A DNA stretch of 64,000 nt, taken from Dendrobates tinctorius (taxonomy: Eukaryota). A program made the position numbers and the translations under genes. The stretch is taken from positions 21,948,001-22,012,000 of the forward strand of contig NW_027361725.1 in assembly GCF_039654945.1 (NCBI RefSeq). Direction: 5' to 3'. The notes beneath the pieces are model-generated. The model was not told the origin of the DNA. It did no database searches and was given only the letters and a program-made list of their open reading frames with translations. This document shows positions 59,824 to 64,000 of this stretch, piece after piece (the first letter of the stretch is position 1; every line of letters begins with the position of its first letter).

Positions 59824-62222
59824 CTAACTGTAGACTCTAGGGTACTCTAAAGAAGGAAAGAATTTTTTTTTAAAAAAAGAAAAAGTGTCAGAATTTTTTT
59901 ATATATTTTTTCCTCTTTTTTTTCTGGCTGCAGGAGATTTTTTTTCATTCTCTAAATGGAGACTAAGCAATTGTCTGATCGTGTTGAGCAGCTCGCTGCT
60001 GAAGTGCGGGGAATTTCTGCCTATCTCACTCAATCATCTGCTGTTGAACCAAAAATCCCTACTCCTGATGTGTTTTCTGGGGATCAGTCTAAATTTTTGA
60101 ATTTTAAGAATAATTGTTAACTATTTTTTGCTTTGAAACCTAACTCATCGGGGAGTTCTGTCCAGCAGGTTAACATTGTCATTTCCCTGCTGCACGGCGA
60201 TCCCCAGGATTGGGCCTTTTCTTTGACACCCGGAGATCCTATTCTGGCTAATGTGGATGTGTTTTTTCAAGCCTTGGGGTTGTTGTATGATGAACCTAAT
60301 GCTATTGATCAAGCTGAGAAAACCTTATTGGCATTGAACCAGGGTCAGGATTCTGCAGAGTTATATTGTCAAAAATTCCGAAAGTGGGCGGTCCTTACTA
60401 AATGGAATGACGATGCCCTAGCAGCTCTCTTTTGGAAGGGTTTGGCAGAAACCGTAAAAGATGTTATGGTGGGATATCCTGTTCCCTCTGGTCTAGACCA
60501 TTGGCCATTCAAATTGATCGGAGTTTACAGGAACGTAAAACTACGTGAGAGGTGTTGCCGCCTTTCGAATGAACGTCTGAACCCATGCAATGCGATAGGG
60601 TTTTGTCTAGGGCGCAACGTCAGGAGTTTAGAAGGCGTAATAAGCTGTGTTTTTTCTGTGGGGATGCCTCTCATACTATTTCTGTCTGCCCTAAAAGAGA
60701 ATAGCGTTTTGCTCACACATTTGCGGTGGGCAGTGTACAGCCTAAGTTCCTTTTGGCAATTACCCTGATCTGCTCCTTGTCCACATTTTCCGCTAAGGCA
60801 TTTGTAGATTCAGGAGCAGCTTTGAATCTGATGGACTTGGACTTTGCTAAACGTTGTGGTTTTCCCATGATACCCCTGCGGACTTCTATCCCTTTGAGGG
60901 GTATTGATGCTACTCCTTTGGCGGAGAATAAACCCCAGTTTTGGACCCAGGTGATAATGCGGATCGCCCCGGACCACCAAGAAAATTGTAAATTTTTGGT
61001 GTTGCACAATTTGCATGATACTATTGTTCTGGGTTTTCCTTGGTTGCAAACTCATAATCCTGTTTTGGATTGGAAATCTGTGTCTGTGGTGAATTGGGGT
61101 TGTCAATGTGTTCTTAGTGACACTCATGTTTTCTCCACCTCTTCCCTGTCTCATGATATTCCTGACTATTTGGCTGATTTTTCTAATGTATTTAGTGAGA
61201 GTAAGTCTGTGTCTTTGCCACCTCATAGGAGTTATGACTGTGCAATTGAGTTAATGCCTGGGTGTAAATTTCCCAAGGGTCGGCTTTTCAACTTATCGGT
61301 ACCCGAACATGATGCTATGTGATCTTATATCAAGAAGTCGTTGGAGAAGGGTCATATTAGACCATCCTCTTCACCTTTAGGTGCTGGGTTTTTTTGTGGC
61401 CAAGAAAGATGGTTCATTAAGGCCTTGTATTGACTATCGTTCCCTTAACAAAATCACTGTTAAATATCAGTACCCGTTACCCCTGATTTCTGATTTATTT
61501 TCCAGAGTTAAAAGTGCCTGTTGATTTACCAAGCTTGACCTCAGGGGGCGTATAATCTTATTCGCATCAAGCACGGGGATGAATGGAAGACGGCGTTTAA
61601 TACTCCGGAGGGACATTTTGAGTAACTGGTCATAACTTTTGGGCTCACTAATGCCTCTTCTGTCTTCCAATCTTTTATGAATTATATTTTCCGGGACTTT
61701 GTGGATAAGTTTTTGATCATTTATCTGGATGATATTTTGATCTTTTCCAGTGATTGGGATTCTCATGTGGAACATGTCCGGACTGTGTTCCGGATTTTGA
61801 GGGAAAATTTTCTGTATGTTAAGGGATCGAAGTGCTTCTTTGATGTACAGAGGATTTCATTTTTGGGATTCATTTTGTCCCCGTCTGCTATTGAAATGGA
61901 CCCGGCCAAGATACAGGCCATTTATGATTGGGCTCAGCCCACTTCTTTGAAGGCTCTCCAGAAGTTTTTGAGTTTTGCTAATTTCTACCATAAATTTATA
62001 AGTAATTTTTCTGGTATTGTTAAACCACTGACTGATTTGACCAAAAAGGGCACTGATGTGGTGAATTGGTCTTCAGAGGCAGTCTCGGCATCTCAGGAGC
62101 TGAAGCGGAGATTCACTTCTGCTCCGGTTCTACGGCAACTTGATGTCTCATTCCCATTTCAGGTGGAGGTAGATGCTTCTGAGATTGGTGCAGGAGCCGT
62201 TTTGTCCCAAAAAGATCCAGTG

Positions 62223-62597
62223 TAGGGATGGGCGAATCCTGAATTACTCGGAATCGCTAGACTGTAACGAGTCCGAGTCGGAAACTCGCTATTCGTTGCA
62301 AGTCTAGCGAGTCCAATGTTAATGAATGGGGAATGGCAATCCTAGTTTTTTCAGAGTTTAATACAAGCAATCCTAGTTTCTTAGCGATTTTGTGTCCCCT
62401 TCAGCAGGGGGACACAAAATCGCTAAGAAACTAGGATTGCTTGTATTAAACTCTGAAAAAACTAGGATTGCCATTGATTTGTATTGGACTCGTTACTGTG
62501 CGAATAATCGCTTGGAAACTCGCAGAGTACCGACTCCTGCGAGTCCCCTACTACTCGCAGAGTAACGATTCTTAACGAGTAGATTCACCCATCCCTA
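62223..62597. mobile_element. hAT MITE in the family B RNase H region, with a perfect internal hairpin
   Basis: TAGGGATGGGCGAATC / GATTCACCCATCCCTA; perfect TSD ATCCAGTG. Confidence 0.95.
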
Positions 62598-64000
62598 ATC
62601 CAGTGACTTCTAAGATGAATCCCTGTGCCTTCTTTTCTCGAAAATTCTCCCCATCTGAACGTAACTATGACGTGGGGAATCAGGAATTGTTGGCCATGAA
62701 ATGGGCATTTGAAGAGTGGAGACATTGGTTGGAGGGAGCTAGACATCAAGTTGTGGTCCTCACCGACCACAAGAATTTGATTTATCTTGAATCAGCCAAA
62801 CGCTTGAATCCTAGACAGGCTAGGTGGGCCTTGTTTTTCACGCGTTTTAATTTTGTGGTCTCTTTTCTTCCAGGCACTAAGAATGATAAGGCTGACGCCC
62901 TTTCTAGGAGTTTCTTTGCGGATTCTCTTGATGTGACCGAGCCTACTACCATTCTAAATGAGGGTGTAGTTCTTTCCACCATCTCACCCGATTTGAGACG
63001 TGCCCTGGAGGAATTTCAGGAGGATAAACCTGAACCTTGCCCTATGGGAAAATTGTATGTCCCTGACCAGTGGAGGAAAAGAGTAATGTCTGAAATTCAT
63101 TGCTCCGCGTTGGCTGGTCATCCAGGTATTTTTGGTACCAGAGATTTGGTGAGTCGGTCTTTTTGGTGGCCTGCTTTATCTCGTGATGTCAGGAATTTTG
63201 TGCAGTCCTGTGGGACTTGTTCTCGGTCCAAGCCCTGTTCTTATTCTAGTGGGTTGTTGATGCCGCTGCCGGTGCCCAGGAGGCCATGGACCCATATCTC
63301 AAAGGATTTTTTTTCCGATCTTCCTGTCTCTCAGAGAATAACTGTTATCTGGGTGATTTGTGATAGATTTTCTAAGATGGTCCATCTTGTACCACTCCCA
63401 AAGTTGCCATCTTCTTCTGAGTTGGTGCCCTTGTTTTTACAACAGGTGGTTCGGTTGCACGGGATTCCTGCCCTTGTTTTTACAACAGGTGGTTTGGTTG
63501 CACGGGATTCTTGAGAACATTGTGTCGGACAGAGGAGTCCAGTTTGTTTCCAGATTTTGGAGAGCTTTTTGTTCCAAACTGGGAATTCAGTTATCTTTCT
63601 CCTCTGCATTTCATCCTCAGATCAATGGGCAGACTGAGAGAACAAACCAGACTTTGGAGTCCTATTTGAGATGTTTCATATCAGCTGATCAGATGACTGG
63701 GTCTCATTTTTGCCCTTGGCCGAATTCGCGCTAAACAATAGAGCTAGTTCTGCCACTTTGATGTCGCCCTTTTTCTGTAACTTTGGGTTCATCCTCAATT
63801 TTCTTCAGGGCAGGTGGAATCTTCAGCCTGCCCAGGTGTGGACACTGCAGTAGAGAGAATGCAGTAGATTTGTGACCAAGTGGTGGATAAGTTGTCCCAC
63901 TCTCAGGAAAAAGCACAGCGGTTTTTCAACCGGCATAGGACCATTGGTCCCCGGTTTAAAGTGGGTGATATGGTTTGGTTGTCTTCAAAGACTATTCCTA

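Larger units (their letters stand above)
58888..64000 (+). mobile_element. Ty3/Gypsy sushi-type element, family B (5' LTR 58888-59812; gag ~59956-60700; pol ~60726 to window end), disrupted
   Basis: ISLLHGDPQDWAF gag; AFVDSGA protease; [11 protein letters not shown] and YLDDILIFS RT; EVDASEIGAGAVL RNase H; DRFSKMVH, SDRGVQF and HPQINGQTER integrase; runs off the window. Confidence 0.95.

Overview
Vertebrate genomic DNA, most likely an anuran (frog), inferred from its repeat families. About 70-75% (by eye) is transposable-element derived, and I found no convincing host protein-coding exon, rRNA, tRNA or CRISPR. Retroelements: a CR1 LINE 3' fragment; two Tf1/sushi-type Gypsy families (A: full length, 12073-17451; B: solo LTR 11257-17522 and a 5'-intact copy from 58888 to the window end); a Gmr1-like Gypsy with PR-IN-RT-RH order and a SCAN-like gag; a Penelope (Neptune-like) element; and several solo LTRs. 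DNA elements: decayed hAT, piggyBac and Tc1 transposases, long TTAA-flanked piggyBac-type elements carrying ~380-bp tandem repeats, and many hAT, Harbinger and T2/Kolobok MITEs. Exact target-site duplications (TSDs) let deep nesting orders be read directly. Most notable: (i) both sushi-type families have a primer-binding site (PBS) complementary to their own predicted transcript 5' end, i.e. tRNA-independent self-priming; (ii) family B U3 carries an apparently codon-constrained ~85-aa frame continuing pol; (iii) a -1 frameshift site with a candidate pseudoknot; (iv) minisatellites born inside MITEs; (v) a degenerate hammerhead-like motif and a 130-bp insert with a 14-bp TSD. All TE ORFs are disrupted. 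An assembly gap lies at 33786-33968.
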